Positions 9,396 to 19,597 are shown, counted from the first letter of the stretch. The stretch: 64,000 bases of DNA from a candidate division WWE3 bacterium (GCA_003599255.1 QZJF01000017.1:35940-99939); one strand, 5' to 3'. Translations and numbers: made by a program. The notes: generated by a model not told the origin, from the sequence alone.

Positions 9396-10085
9396 TCATA
9401 CTTTTCTGCTGAGTGCAAAACATTTTACATCTGATGCACCATTCTCATATAGTGTTTTTGAGGCCTCCAAAAGAGTGGCGCCGGAAGTACATATATCATC
9501 CGCCAAAAGGAATTTCCCGTGAGTGACCAGATTTTCGTGACCCTTTCTGATGGAAAATGCACCTTTTACGTTGTCGTAGCGGTCTAGTCTGTTGTTTGTG
9601 TACTGAGGTCTTGAGTCAACATTTCTGAGCAATATTCGAGTATTTACAACCATAGAAGTTTTTTTGCTAAGTGCCTTTGTTATGGTAGTTACCTGATTGA
9701 ACCCACGTGTTCTTAGCCTTTCATCTGAGATGGGGACAGGTATCAGTACATATTTGGTCATCTGTGAGAACTCTTCTTTTACAATTTCTGCTGCCGCCTC
9801 TGAAATAATACGTAGTCCAAGAAACTCCCTACGTGCATATTTTGCTCTTCGTATAACAGATCTGACCAGTGAACAGTATTTGAACACAGATACAAAACTC
9901 GAAGGCACTACATCATTTCTGCATGAAAGGTGTGTTGTGCCATCTTCCGAAAACTTGCCACATACTAAACACTCGCTGTACTCCATTGTCACCATTTTTG
10001 ATACGCATAATTCACAGATAAATCTGCCGTCACGTAAGCAGAATAAACATTTCGGAATAAAAATTAAATCTAAAAAGCTATCCAT
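9396..10085 (-). CDS. comFC: ComF-family protein (double zinc ribbon + phosphoribosyltransferase domain)
   Basis: N-terminal CxxC...CxxC zinc ribbon. C-terminal PRTase motif FLLADDICTSGATL (hhhhDDhhTTGaT). Confidence 0.7.
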   Translation of the reverse strand: MDSFLDLIFIPKCLFCLRDGRFICELCVSKMVTMEYSECLVCGKFSEDGTTHLSCRNDVVPSSFVSVFKYCSLVRSVIRRAKYARREFLGLRIISEAAAEIVKEEFSQMTKYVLIPVPISDERLRTRGFNQVTTITKALSKKTSMVVNTRILLRNVDSRPQYTNNRLDRYDNVKGAFSIRKGHENLVTHGKFLLADDICTSGATLLEASKTLYENGASDVKCFALSRKV

Positions 10086-10310
10086 ATATTATCCACAATC
10101 ACGTATTTGCTGACTTAACAAGATAATCCGCCAACCACACCTATAGTATGATTGATGTCCAGTCCTATAGTTATATATGCGGGGGAGTAATCATTCAATA
10201 CAGTAGATTCCAATGAAATTGGACAAAAAATGGCAGGAAAAGGTGATTTTTAAATCAACCGATTCCTGCCTTTCGGCTCTCCCAACTTCGCTACATTTGC
10301 CTAAGTTGTC

Positions 10311-10529
10311 CTATACAGGACAGGGCTTGCCGGATACTAGTGCGGCTTTGCAGGATCCACAAATTCGTCTACCGCACGACGGGCATCTGTTTGAGAATTT
10401 TGAACCGTTCTCTCCTTTCTCAGTTTCACAATGCCCACAAATTTTGCCGTCGGAAGACGGTATCCACCCTGCCATCTGGACAATCATTGCCGTAAGTACG
10501 GCGGCCACAAAAAACGTAAGATGTTTCAT
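10311..10529 (-). CDS. small secreted Cys-rich (zinc-ribbon-like) protein
   Basis: 72 aa with a signal-peptide-like N-terminus (MKHLTFFVAAVLTAMIVQMAGW) followed by CGHC...CPSCGRRICGSC. A GGAGG sits 5 nt upstream of the ATG. It is preferred over the overlapping + strand ORF 10213..10635. Confidence 0.4.
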   Translation of the reverse strand: MKHLTFFVAAVLTAMIVQMAGWIPSSDGKICGHCETEKGENGSKFSNRCPSCGRRICGSCKAALVSGKPCPV

Positions 10530-10649
10530 TCAAACCTCCGGGTTGTCTGGTCTAGCCTTGTTTTCGGCTGTCGGGAAAGTGAAAACAGTATACTACCTTA
10601 TGGATTTTTTCCAAATTTATGCAACAATCTGGTAAATTCGGATACTAAG

Positions 10650-12047
10650 ATGGACGAAAAAACGAAAAAAGAGATGGATAGTCTGGCAAAGATCAGAGAC
10701 TTCTATATCAACAAAAACAATTACTATTACACACAGCTGGTAAAACATATAAACTTGTTGCTTAACAAAAAGGGTTCTGTACTTGAACTTGGATGCGGAA
10801 CCGGGTACGTGCTAAATAAGCTCCACGGCATAGCAAAAACAGGTATAGATATTTCTCAGGAAATGATAGAAATATCAAAAGAAAAGTACTCAGGTATTGA
10901 ATTTGTATGCACGGAAAAACCCGAAACTCTCGGAAAGAAGTTTGAATACATAATAGTATCGGATACGCTTGGATATCTTTCTGATATACAGGAATTTTTA
11001 GGAACCATAAAACCTCTTTTCGAAAGAGAGTCCCGTCTTATCATTACCATTCACAATCACATTTGGAATCCGATTTTAAGATTGGCGGAATCTTTCAAGT
11101 TAAAAATGCCCTATGTTCATGAAAATTGGCTTCAGCAGTCCGAAGTTATCAACCTACTTAACCTCGAGGAATATCAGGTAATTTCTCATTCCAGAAAAGT
11201 CCTGTTACCTATTTACATACCGTTCGTCTCAAACTTTATTAACAGATATATTGCCCCGCTCCCAATCATAAATTGGTTTTGCCTGATAGAAATTATTGTT
11301 GCAAGGCTGGTTCCGCTACAAAAAGATTATTCCGTTAGCGTAATTGTGCCTGCGCGCAACGAAGAGGGTAACATATCAAAAATAATTAATGGGGTACCTA
11401 ATATGGGAAACGGAACCGAACTAATATTTATTGAGGGAAATTCGTCCGATAAAACATATGAGGCAATTCAAAGTGAATCGGAAAAGTATTTAGGGGAGAT
11501 CGACATAAAGTACTTTAAGCAAAACGGAACCGGTAAAAAAGACGCTGTATACAAGGGTTTCGAAAAGGCGACGGGAGAAATACTAATGATTCTGGACGCG
11601 GATGCCACTGTAAAACCGGCGGAATTGAAAAAGTTCTATGCTGCCATTTCGAAAGGTAAGGGCGAATTCATTTATGGATCAAGGCTAGTTTATCCAATGG
11701 AAAAGGAGGCTATGCAAACCCTAAACCAAATTGCAAATGAAGCATTCGCCTCAATTTTCAGTTGGATTTTTAATCAACGCATCACGGACACACTATGCGG
11801 AACCAAGGTACTATTTAAATCCGACTGGGAATCTCTAAAATCGGATATCATGAGTTTCGGAAAAAACGATCCGTTTGGTGATTTTGACCTTTTATTTGGT
11901 GCGTATAAAGGTAACCTTAAATTTCTGGAGATTCCGATAAAATATCGGGCCAGGGACTATGGAAACACAAATATCAGCAGATTTAAAAACGGGGGGGATC
12001 TACTCAAGATGACTTTTAAAGCTGCCGGAAGAATAAAATTCGTATGA
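10650..12047 (+). CDS. bifunctional class-I SAM methyltransferase / family-2 glycosyltransferase
   Basis: N-terminal VLELGCGTGY methyltransferase motif I. C-terminal SVIVPARNEE...ILDADATV (GT2 DxD region). Start set at the internal ATG at 10650; the upstream part of ORF 10431.. is not protein-like. Confidence 0.6.
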   Translation: MDEKTKKEMDSLAKIRDFYINKNNYYYTQLVKHINLLLNKKGSVLELGCGTGYVLNKLHGIAKTGIDISQEMIEISKEKYSGIEFVCTEKPETLGKKFEYIIVSDTLGYLSDIQEFLGTIKPLFERESRLIITIHNHIWNPILRLAESFKLKMPYVHENWLQQSEVINLLNLEEYQVISHSRKVLLPIYIPFVSNFINRYIAPLPIINWFCLIEIIVARLVPLQKDYSVSVIVPARNEEGNISKIINGVPNMGNGTELIFIEGNSSDKTYEAIQSESEKYLGEIDIKYFKQNGTGKKDAVYKGFEKATGEILMILDADATVKPAELKKFYAAISKGKGEFIYGSRLVYPMEKEAMQTLNQIANEAFASIFSWIFNQRITDTLCGTKVLFKSDWESLKSDIMSFGKNDPFGDFDLLFGAYKGNLKFLEIPIKYRARDYGNTNISRFKNGGDLLKMTFKAAGRIKFV

Positions 12048-12775
12048 GTATTCTGGAAAAACACAAAAAAGCATGGGATTCAAACGAAGTGCTCAGATAC
12101 GTATATTGCAAATGGTATAAACAAATAGTAGCTGATCTAAGCCAAAAAGGCACCGAACAGGAAAAAACTGTTGAGATCGGTTCAGGAATTGGCAGTTTTA
12201 AAGAATTTTATCCCAAATGCATATCTACCGATATTGGAGACAACCCCAATGCGGAAATGCGCTTTGATGCACACGAGATGCCTTTTGAAAACGAAAGCGT
12301 AGATAATTTAGTTCTCATTGACGTATTGCACCATTTGCAGAATCCTTTGAAATTTCTCGGAGAGGGCGCACGTGTTCTCAAAAAGGGTGGAAGGCTCATC
12401 ATGCTCGAACCGTACCCTTCCATTATGTCACGGTTGATTTTTGGAATGTTTCACCGGGAACCGTTTGACTTCAGGATCAACATCTACAATGTGAATCAAA
12501 ATTCCGATAAGGATCCATGGGAGGGCAACCAAGCTATACCGTATTTAATTTTTTGTAAGAATGGTTCAAAGTTTGAGGATGATTTTGGGGGCGCTTACAT
12601 TATCAGGAAAAAAGATTTTGTCACTACACTTGTTTATCCTGTGTCGGGTGGATTTAGCTTCGGCCCCCTATTGAGTGGGAATCTTGTTAGTACTGTTGAG
12701 AAATTTAACCGAATCACCGCCAAATTCCCCGGACTATTCGCCTTTAGAATCTATATTGTGTTAGAGAAAAAATAA
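12044..12775 (+). CDS. class-I SAM-dependent methyltransferase
   Basis: VEIGSGIGSF motif I and LKKGGRLIMLEP motif (Methyltransf_11-like). There is a 4-nt start/stop overlap with the upstream gene. Confidence 0.6.
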   Translation: MSILEKHKKAWDSNEVLRYVYCKWYKQIVADLSQKGTEQEKTVEIGSGIGSFKEFYPKCISTDIGDNPNAEMRFDAHEMPFENESVDNLVLIDVLHHLQNPLKFLGEGARVLKKGGRLIMLEPYPSIMSRLIFGMFHREPFDFRINIYNVNQNSDKDPWEGNQAIPYLIFCKNGSKFEDDFGGAYIIRKKDFVTTLVYPVSGGFSFGPLLSGNLVSTVEKFNRITAKFPGLFAFRIYIVLEKK

Positions 12776-12779
12776 CTTT

Positions 12780-13187
12780 TGGCGGAGATGGCGGGAATCG
12801 AACCCACGTGCTGAAAAAACTGCATATAAGTCCTACAAGCTTAGTCAAGTTTATCTTAGGCAGGAATGGTACATGACAAACCTATACCTGCAGCAAGTCC
12901 GACGGGTTACCCTTTTGAGATTACCTCTCCCGGCACTAATACTAGGACTACCTTTACAAGCGGCCTCATCTCGGTTTTATAAAGATCTTAATTCCCTTCC
13001 GAGCAAGCGATGTAAGACCTGCAGTCTAAATAAATTAGGCTGCTACACCGGCGTATGCGGGAACCGCAACATCGGCGTATGCGAAGTCATTATCTTCGGC
13101 ATTTATATTTTTGCTGTATTTTACGCAGTACAGCACTTCGGCCTGCACTTATATTTGGTTATTTCCAGTCAAATCCTGGTCATCTCC
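12780..13187 (-). ncRNA. ssrA: tmRNA (ssrA)
   Basis: The 5' end GGAGAUGACCAGGAUUUGACUGG resembles the canonical tmRNA start. The 3' end is a tRNA-like T-arm GGUUCGAUUCCCGCC plus acceptor and CCA. An internal ORF ends ...AYAGVAA-stop (ALAA-like tag). It lies next to smpB. Confidence 0.65.
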
Positions 13188-13240
13188 ATTTTTAAAAGTA
13201 GAATTTTGTGCCGGAATTATAGCAAATAAAACCCGAAGCT

Positions 13241-13711
13241 TCAAGCCTCTATAATGCGTTTTATCTCTTTGGTATCACGCTCGAGATCCTTCTGAATTTG
13301 CCTGTCTTTTGCGGTCTGTTTCTTTTCGTATTCCTTCTTTCCTTTCACAACAGCAAATTCCAGCTTTATATAATTATTGTTCATCACCAATGCTAAAGGA
13401 ACGGCAGTCCTGCCTTTTTGTGTGAGTTCCTTTCGGATTTCTTCAATTTCGTTGGCGTTAAGCAGCAGGTCTCTGTTCCGCTTTTCATCTCCTAGACCTG
13501 AAGGCCTGCCCTTTTTGGAATAGGTTCCTATATGCATGTTTACAACACAGGGGCGCCCCTCGAAAAGCTGAACATAAGTACCTTCAAAACTGACTTTCTT
13601 TTCTCTGACTGCCTTAACCTCATCCCCCCGCAAAGCTATACCGGCAACGTATTTTTCTATTATAGTATGGTCGTGCAGAGCACCCCTGTTTTTCGCTAGT
13701 AATAAAGACAT
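13241..13711 (-). CDS. smpB: SsrA-binding protein SmpB
   Basis: 156 aa with the typical SmpB length and sequence (IAKNRGALHDHTIIEKYVAGIALRGDEVKAVR...) and a basic C-terminal tail. Confidence 0.85.
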   Translation of the reverse strand: MSLLLAKNRGALHDHTIIEKYVAGIALRGDEVKAVREKKVSFEGTYVQLFEGRPCVVNMHIGTYSKKGRPSGLGDEKRNRDLLLNANEIEEIRKELTQKGRTAVPLALVMNNNYIKLEFAVVKGKKEYEKKQTAKDRQIQKDLERDTKEIKRIIEA

Positions 13712-13764
13712 ATAATAACTTTCAATCTTTAACTCTCAATATACACAAATCTTCAAAAAAAGTA

Positions 13765-16700
13765 ATGTTCGATGTTATAATTGCAATTGAAATGGTACGC
13801 AGTATCCTTCGAAAAAAAACTTTTAAATCTTTTCTGTTTTTATCCTTGATAAGTCTTATAAGCGCGGGTACATTTCATGTTTTTGCTCAGGGTGTAGGAG
13901 ACAATTATGTTATGGGAGGTCCCCCTCCATGGTGTCCTCCCCCTGAACATCCGGGACTTTCCTCTGTGTGCGGAACGGTGAGAGGTTCTCAACTCGAAGT
14001 GGACGGACGTGGTAATTACATGCCTAATCTCCCGAAGGAAGGTATTACAGTAGCTATTTATGAGGAAAACCCTCTTACACCTACAGGAAAAGTTAGTGAC
14101 GAAACAATAAATGCTGAGGGTGCCCTTTCTAATATTTTTGCCTCTACATCTACAAACAGCGAGGGCCGCTATCATATCGTGATGAGAAAAGTCGGACCTC
14201 CGATGGTCAGAACACACCTCGTTTTTCTGTGTGGAAGTACTGTTGTAGGTCATAAAGAGCTTGATTCCTGGCATGATTACTGGGAAGTGAACGAACAGGT
14301 AAACTGTCCTGGAACTCCTGCGTATACACTTCCCGGGTTTCCCCAAAACTATGTCGATCGATCGGGGTTTTTAGGATGTTTTAATGACCCTGTTGTGGAT
14401 ATTCCCACCGGACTGTCCAAAAACGAACAACCGACGGTAAACAACATTGGGAGGGAGGACAATTATGATCACAGGTATAATAGAAATACTTTCAGTTTTA
14501 CACATCCATTTCCTGATCCACCGGTACCGCCTTTGAGTTTTGAAAGTCCAGGAGGTTTGTGGGAACCGGACTGCTTATTAAGGAAAAACAAATACCTGTG
14601 TAATGCCGGCCCTGCGAATGCCGCGCCACCGGCCCCGACATCTTGTGATTGGAATACACTGAGCACTCAACCCCAGATAGACAATCGGGACACCCCCCTC
14701 TGGTATGCCGGATATACGGTAGATGGTGAGCTTTGCGAGGACCCCTACACCCCTATGCAAGAAGATGATAGGAGAGACTATATTACAAGACCGTTCTTTA
14801 TGTTTATTCCTAAAATCGCAACCACAACAGAGGGATATCGACGATTTGATATACGCGTAAATCTTGAAAACTACATCGCGGACCCTCTGATACCGCTTCA
14901 GTGGATGTGCAAATTTTGGGGATGCTCTGCAGGGGCGCCCAGTGAGCCTCCGCATGTGTTCCTTAGAAAATTCATGCAGGATAATACAACGTTAGATCTT
15001 CTTCCGGACTGTGAAGAACTGAATAAGAGGAATAATGCCTATAAGATTTTCAGAAATCCCGAAAGAAATAAACAATTAAACGGGGGTCCGTTTGGAGGCA
15101 TGGCTTCTCCTTCTGATGATTTGGAAAACGCATACTACGCATCACTTAGAGACCTTAGTGAGCCTATCTGCGTTACACCCACGAGAGATCAAACCAATCC
15201 CGTGCGACTATGCGAAATTCAACCGACATGGTCACCTGCAGGGGTTTGTACCGTAGGAACTCCGGGATGCAATGACCCCGAATTTTCAACAAGATTGAAT
15301 CAGACGCTTAGTACGGCAACTGACCCCAACGTCATAACAGGTATTACTAATGCCCTGTCCTTATGCACCGGTGATTTTGTTCTTGGCAGTGAATACTTCC
15401 CAACTGACGCAATTTTCAGAAATCAAGCTTCATACACCGGAATGACTTCCAGGACAGCCAATGACTCACAAGGTAACACTGCAACCAAAAAACCGGTTGT
15501 ACACGAAGCTTTTGACTCCGAAGATGTAAGTACTCATGAGTCAGGATCCAGGGCAGTACAAGATCCCGGCGGTAGATTCAAAGGCAATTCCGCATTGAGC
15601 CCGGAATCCGTAATAAACCTTCAAATGCAGGTACCGGGAGCGGAATCGATGACTGATCCGTTTACAATACCTTATGCTGATGTCAAAGTTGATTATCTGG
15701 ACGAAGTTAGCTGGGGTATGGCGGATTTCGGAACGAATCAAATACCTAAATGTACCATTGGAAATCCCTTTAGCTATTTGTTGAATACGTTAGCCCAGGA
15801 ATCAGATACAAATTTTCATCCGGATAACATCTATAGGGGTAATTTGGATCATGTAGAACATAGGGCGGTAGGAACCGGAACCTTCTATCCCTCACTAGAT
15901 TCTAAGGATAGAGATATTGCTATGGGAACCAGAACATTTATCGGATATTACTGGGGAGTCGGCTTCAGGGAGTTAGGTGTCCAAAGCGATCTGGTAAATA
16001 TAGCGTTAAATACTTTATGGGGAAGAGACGTTTGGGACAGTATATTGTCTATAGCGGGCGGTGACACCAATATCCATAACTTCACATTTGACATAGGCGC
16101 CGTATTGGCAACCGGGTGGGATGCGCTTGCAACACCGGAGCATATTTTTAAAACATTCGGGGACAGAGACCCCTCACAACAAACCCCATTTGAGAAGCCT
16201 TACTATGAAATAGAGTATCCCGTTAATGAAGCCAATTTCACCACATTCTTTGAATTACCAAGTATAGCTGCCGGAGATCAACTGCTTCCTACTGATTGGG
16301 GTCCTGCACACGTTTGTTATGCCTTTGATCCTCCAAATCCAAATGTACCTGAGGGAGAAGTGTGTGGCACGTACAGAGAAGATCCTGATGGAATATCAAG
16401 AACGTGTCGTGTAGATGAATGTATTGCTTTCTGGCAGGTCGAGAGCCAAAGATGTGAGTGTACAACCAGCGATGGAGTTAACTTTAATTGTGACTGGGAA
16501 GATCCTACATGGGACATTGATTTCGGCGATTGCGATGTGACTGAACGTCTTGAATGCGCATTTGAACAGGAAACAACTCCAAGGAGCGCGGACGGCAGAC
16601 TTGGAGGAGGAGATCCTGAAGCACCTAATGAAATCATCCACGATGAGGACCCGGATGTGGATCCGGGCAACGGTGGAACTCACGACGATTATGTCGGTTG

Positions 16701-18075
16701 CTATAACAGTAGTGGCGGCAGATGTCCTTACGATCCCCCCAGTGTCGAAGCGACTCATAACTGTACTGATAGCAATATTAACTGGAGCAATTGCTTTGAT
16801 TCATTAGGTGTATGGATCTGCGGAACCATAACAAGGGGGTACACCCGTACTACCACAGGGGATACAAAACCACGCTGCGATATGTCCGTTGCAGGACCTT
16901 TAAAGGGCGGTATTGGATGCAATGCCACACTAACAATAGGCGATGTTGCCTTGAGATACAGTCAACAAAATCCATATGACCCGGGCGACACAATCAACCC
17001 TTATTACAAGCCCCAAGTAAACCTGGATGATATGTACATATCCGGGGTAAAGCTTTCCCTTTCTTTCAGAGCGCCTTATCATCCCGCAGTGAAAGGTTCT
17101 AAAAAGGCGACTTTGGATGCAAGAACCACAAACAGTCCTATGGCCACCGAATATGCTTATACTTACGGTGCGGAATTAGATACCGGAGGATGGTCGGACT
17201 ACGCCAATATTGCTCTTATAGCTACTCCTCCGGTTTTCGACGGCGACCCGACGGATGACCTCGCAGAATTGTTCTATCACTGCGATACCATAGGCTCCTT
17301 TACACCTATTGGAGCAAACGATCCTCCTGCCGTGCAAGTTGCAAGTATGAATGTACTTACAACATATGATCCTGAATTAGGATTAGCGGTGACAGACACA
17401 GATGGGGACGGGGTAGCCGATGCAGCATTAATGGGCTGGCAATGTCCAATAGACAACGAACCGGTACCTCCTGTAGCCGAGTTGTCTGATGTCAGCAACA
17501 ATTGTACGGTAGACGCAGGCACTCTTGCTTCTTGCGGGGCAGCGTTTCCCGAAGTACCGGATTTACTCTCAGAAACATTTAGAATTGTAATAAATAACGC
17601 CGCCACCAGATTCGATATACCAGCGGGCGCCCTAATTGCAATTCTTGCCAACGAGGGTGGTTTTGCCTCTGTTTATCATTCTCTGTGGGCAGATGATCTC
17701 ACGGTGCAAAGATGGAGCCTTCCTTACTACGGACGTATGGATGTTGGGGGGCCTGTAACATGTATCGATATGGTATGGTCGGCACAAGGTCCTTATCAAT
17801 TCCTCAAAACTTCATTTGACTCCTTCCTGGCACAATCGGGCGCTCCAAATGAAAGCCTTTGTGCGGCATTAAATGAAATTTCACCGGGCAGATGTCTGTC
17901 TGCCAGCAGATGCAATTTCCTCGATGCATCGTACGCCGCAGCAAGACATATGCAAGCGGGAGGAACTTGCGGCAGCTTTAACTTCGCCACTGCGATGGAC
18001 AGTTATAGCGGGGGATCAATTGCGATTGAGGGAGATATCGGATATCTTCAGAGCATATACAACGCATGTAATTAA
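13765..18075 (+). CDS. giant secreted/surface protein (1436 aa), Cys-rich, with possible C-terminal lysozyme-like domain
   Basis: Signal-peptide-like start (FLFLSLISLISAGTFHVFAQG) and many Cys and Pro/Gly-rich segments. The C-terminus has ILANEGGF...GPYQFLKTSF, resembling the SLT E-S...GLMQ motif arrangement. Its GC is higher than the flanking DNA. Confidence 0.5.
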   Translation: MFDVIIAIEMVRSILRKKTFKSFLFLSLISLISAGTFHVFAQGVGDNYVMGGPPPWCPPPEHPGLSSVCGTVRGSQLEVDGRGNYMPNLPKEGITVAIYEENPLTPTGKVSDETINAEGALSNIFASTSTNSEGRYHIVMRKVGPPMVRTHLVFLCGSTVVGHKELDSWHDYWEVNEQVNCPGTPAYTLPGFPQNYVDRSGFLGCFNDPVVDIPTGLSKNEQPTVNNIGREDNYDHRYNRNTFSFTHPFPDPPVPPLSFESPGGLWEPDCLLRKNKYLCNAGPANAAPPAPTSCDWNTLSTQPQIDNRDTPLWYAGYTVDGELCEDPYTPMQEDDRRDYITRPFFMFIPKIATTTEGYRRFDIRVNLENYIADPLIPLQWMCKFWGCSAGAPSEPPHVFLRKFMQDNTTLDLLPDCEELNKRNNAYKIFRNPERNKQLNGGPFGGMASPSDDLENAYYASLRDLSEPICVTPTRDQTNPVRLCEIQPTWSPAGVCTVGTPGCNDPEFSTRLNQTLSTATDPNVITGITNALSLCTGDFVLGSEYFPTDAIFRNQASYTGMTSRTANDSQGNTATKKPVVHEAFDSEDVSTHESGSRAVQDPGGRFKGNSALSPESVINLQMQVPGAESMTDPFTIPYADVKVDYLDEVSWGMADFGTNQIPKCTIGNPFSYLLNTLAQESDTNFHPDNIYRGNLDHVEHRAVGTGTFYPSLDSKDRDIAMGTRTFIGYYWGVGFRELGVQSDLVNIALNTLWGRDVWDSILSIAGGDTNIHNFTFDIGAVLATGWDALATPEHIFKTFGDRDPSQQTPFEKPYYEIEYPVNEANFTTFFELPSIAAGDQLLPTDWGPAHVCYAFDPPNPNVPEGEVCGTYREDPDGISRTCRVDECIAFWQVESQRCECTTSDGVNFNCDWEDPTWDIDFGDCDVTERLECAFEQETTPRSADGRLGGGDPEAPNEIIHDEDPDVDPGNGGTHDDYVGCYNSSGGRCPYDPPSVEATHNCTDSNINWSNCFDSLGVWICGTITRGYTRTTTGDTKPRCDMSVAGPLKGGIGCNATLTIGDVALRYSQQNPYDPGDTINPYYKPQVNLDDMYISGVKLSLSFRAPYHPAVKGSKKATLDARTTNSPMATEYAYTYGAELDTGGWSDYANIALIATPPVFDGDPTDDLAELFYHCDTIGSFTPIGANDPPAVQVASMNVLTTYDPELGLAVTDTDGDGVADAALMGWQCPIDNEPVPPVAELSDVSNNCTVDAGTLASCGAAFPEVPDLLSETFRIVINNAATRFDIPAGALIAILANEGGFASVYHSLWADDLTVQRWSLPYYGRMDVGGPVTCIDMVWSAQGPYQFLKTSFDSFLAQSGAPNESLCAALNEISPGRCLSASRCNFLDASYAAARHMQAGGTCGSFNFATAMDSYSGGSIAIEGDIGYLQSIYNACN

Positions 18076-18244
18076 TCGCAATGCACGTACCACCCCCGAC
18101 GCTATCAACCGACAAACTCAACAAACACACACGCAGACATCGATAAACAAGGGGTTCATTAAATTAACTGTTTACCTGTTTGAAAACATGAAAATGAAAC
18201 TAAGTAATTGGTAATTGATGAGTTGATGCTCGTCGACAGAAAGC

Positions 18245-19597
18245 TTATCTGCCTTTCTTCTCGTTCATTATGGAGCTGTATATAAGGTCTGGTACCTTGA
18301 AAGCGTAGCCGTACCCGAATATGAATATGAAAAGAATTCCGAAGACAGCGTAGAGATAACCGGAAAAGCCTTGGAAATACCCATCCGGAGTCAATCCGTT
18401 CCTAATAATGATTATACCGAACATGTGAATAAGTTGTATTGTGGCGCTTATCGCTACTATCCCAAGACCCCAAGCTATCATCTGCTTAAACCAGTTGATC
18501 ATTTGACTGTCGTTCCCGGGTATCGCCGAGAGAGCAAACTTAAGCGGAGCGGTAACAATCGAGGTTATCATTTTCATATAAATCATTAATGCTTTAAATA
18601 GCGCAAAAAGGTACATGCCAAAAAGTATAACCATTGCTATAGCAACTATTATACCTACGGCCAGCCCACTACCTCCGGAGGCGATTATAAAACCTATTAT
18701 GACCATAGCAATAGCCCCGATACCGCCTTGAAGTGACGCTGTGTAATCCGTTCCTCCGCCCGTCGAGGCAGCAAGTGAGGCAATAATGCTTTGGGCGCTG
18801 TAGTAGAGAGACCATGCCAGACTGGTCATAAACGCACCAATGGGATAGCTAAAAGCTATAAGAACAAGCGCAACCACTATTTTGGGAAGAGCATATTGAA
18901 CGTTAACAACAACCTGTTGATTGATTCTCCTTCTGGTTATGATTGTAATGCCCACATACAGCATAATTAACGCCATTAAAGCGTAAGCGATATTTCGTGT
19001 AATTTTCCAGATATCAAGAATTGCGTTTATAAAAGTGTGCTGATAATCCACCGAATCGGCTGCAAAAGCCTGTTCACCCACAATCGGGATTTTTTTACCG
19101 TAATCCAGGAAAAAAAATGCGGTACTTACAGGAAGAGGCTCATACTTCAGATTATTGTCCAGGTAATAGGCTAAACCAAGTATGCTCCCGGAGACTTTGC
19201 TGCTTGCAAAACGTTGACGATCAAACTGTCCGTTATAAACAAACTGGTTGACTATGTTCCTACAAGTGTCTTCATCAGTAGCACTGCATCCCCAGGCCTG
19301 CATTTCTGATTGAACTTCAGGGAAATATTGGGAAACATAATCCGTGCAATTCATAAACTCGGCCATTTCAGTACCGGTTGTTGTTGTCCAAGTAAAATCG
19401 ACGACAGAGCTTGTCAAATGGTTGACCGCAGTTTCTCTGATATTTCTGTCATAAGAACTCTGAATTTTTCCAAACCATCCCTCAGGGGGATCGCACACAT
19501 TTTGGGCACTAGCACCAGGCGACAATAACATAGCAACAAATAAGAAAGGTAATATATAAAGAGTCTTTAAGGTTAAAGTGTTTTTATCTCCCAGCAT
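18245..19597 (-). CDS. VirB6/TrbL-like polytopic membrane protein
   Basis: Signal peptide, then an ~150-aa Cys-containing extracytoplasmic domain, then 6-7 Gly/Ala-rich TM helices (IGFIIASGGSGLAVGIIVAIAMVILFG), which is the TrbL/VirB6 architecture. Confidence 0.5.
   Translation of the reverse strand: MLGDKNTLTLKTLYILPFLFVAMLLSPGASAQNVCDPPEGWFGKIQSSYDRNIRETAVNHLTSSVVDFTWTTTTGTEMAEFMNCTDYVSQYFPEVQSEMQAWGCSATDEDTCRNIVNQFVYNGQFDRQRFASSKVSGSILGLAYYLDNNLKYEPLPVSTAFFFLDYGKKIPIVGEQAFAADSVDYQHTFINAILDIWKITRNIAYALMALIMLYVGITIITRRRINQQVVVNVQYALPKIVVALVLIAFSYPIGAFMTSLAWSLYYSAQSIIASLAASTGGGTDYTASLQGGIGAIAMVIIGFIIASGGSGLAVGIIVAIAMVILFGMYLFALFKALMIYMKMITSIVTAPLKFALSAIPGNDSQMINWFKQMIAWGLGIVAISATIQLIHMFGIIIIRNGLTPDGYFQGFSGYLYAVFGILFIFIFGYGYAFKVPDLIYSSIMNEKKGR

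Noticed and set aside
10088-10098. Perfect TTATCCACA DnaA-box sequence next to the comF start
   Set aside because: It is an isolated single box far from dnaA with no cluster, so it is likely a chance occurrence in AT-rich DNA.
10213-10635. 140-aa + strand ORF
   Set aside because: It has odd composition and no RBS. The antisense 72-aa ORF with GGAGG and a signal peptide is more convincing, so this is low confidence either way.
12873-13229. 118-aa + strand ORF between the methyltransferase gene and smpB
   Set aside because: It lies entirely within the minus-strand tmRNA (ssrA) gene and its sequence is not protein-like, so it is an artefact of the structured RNA.
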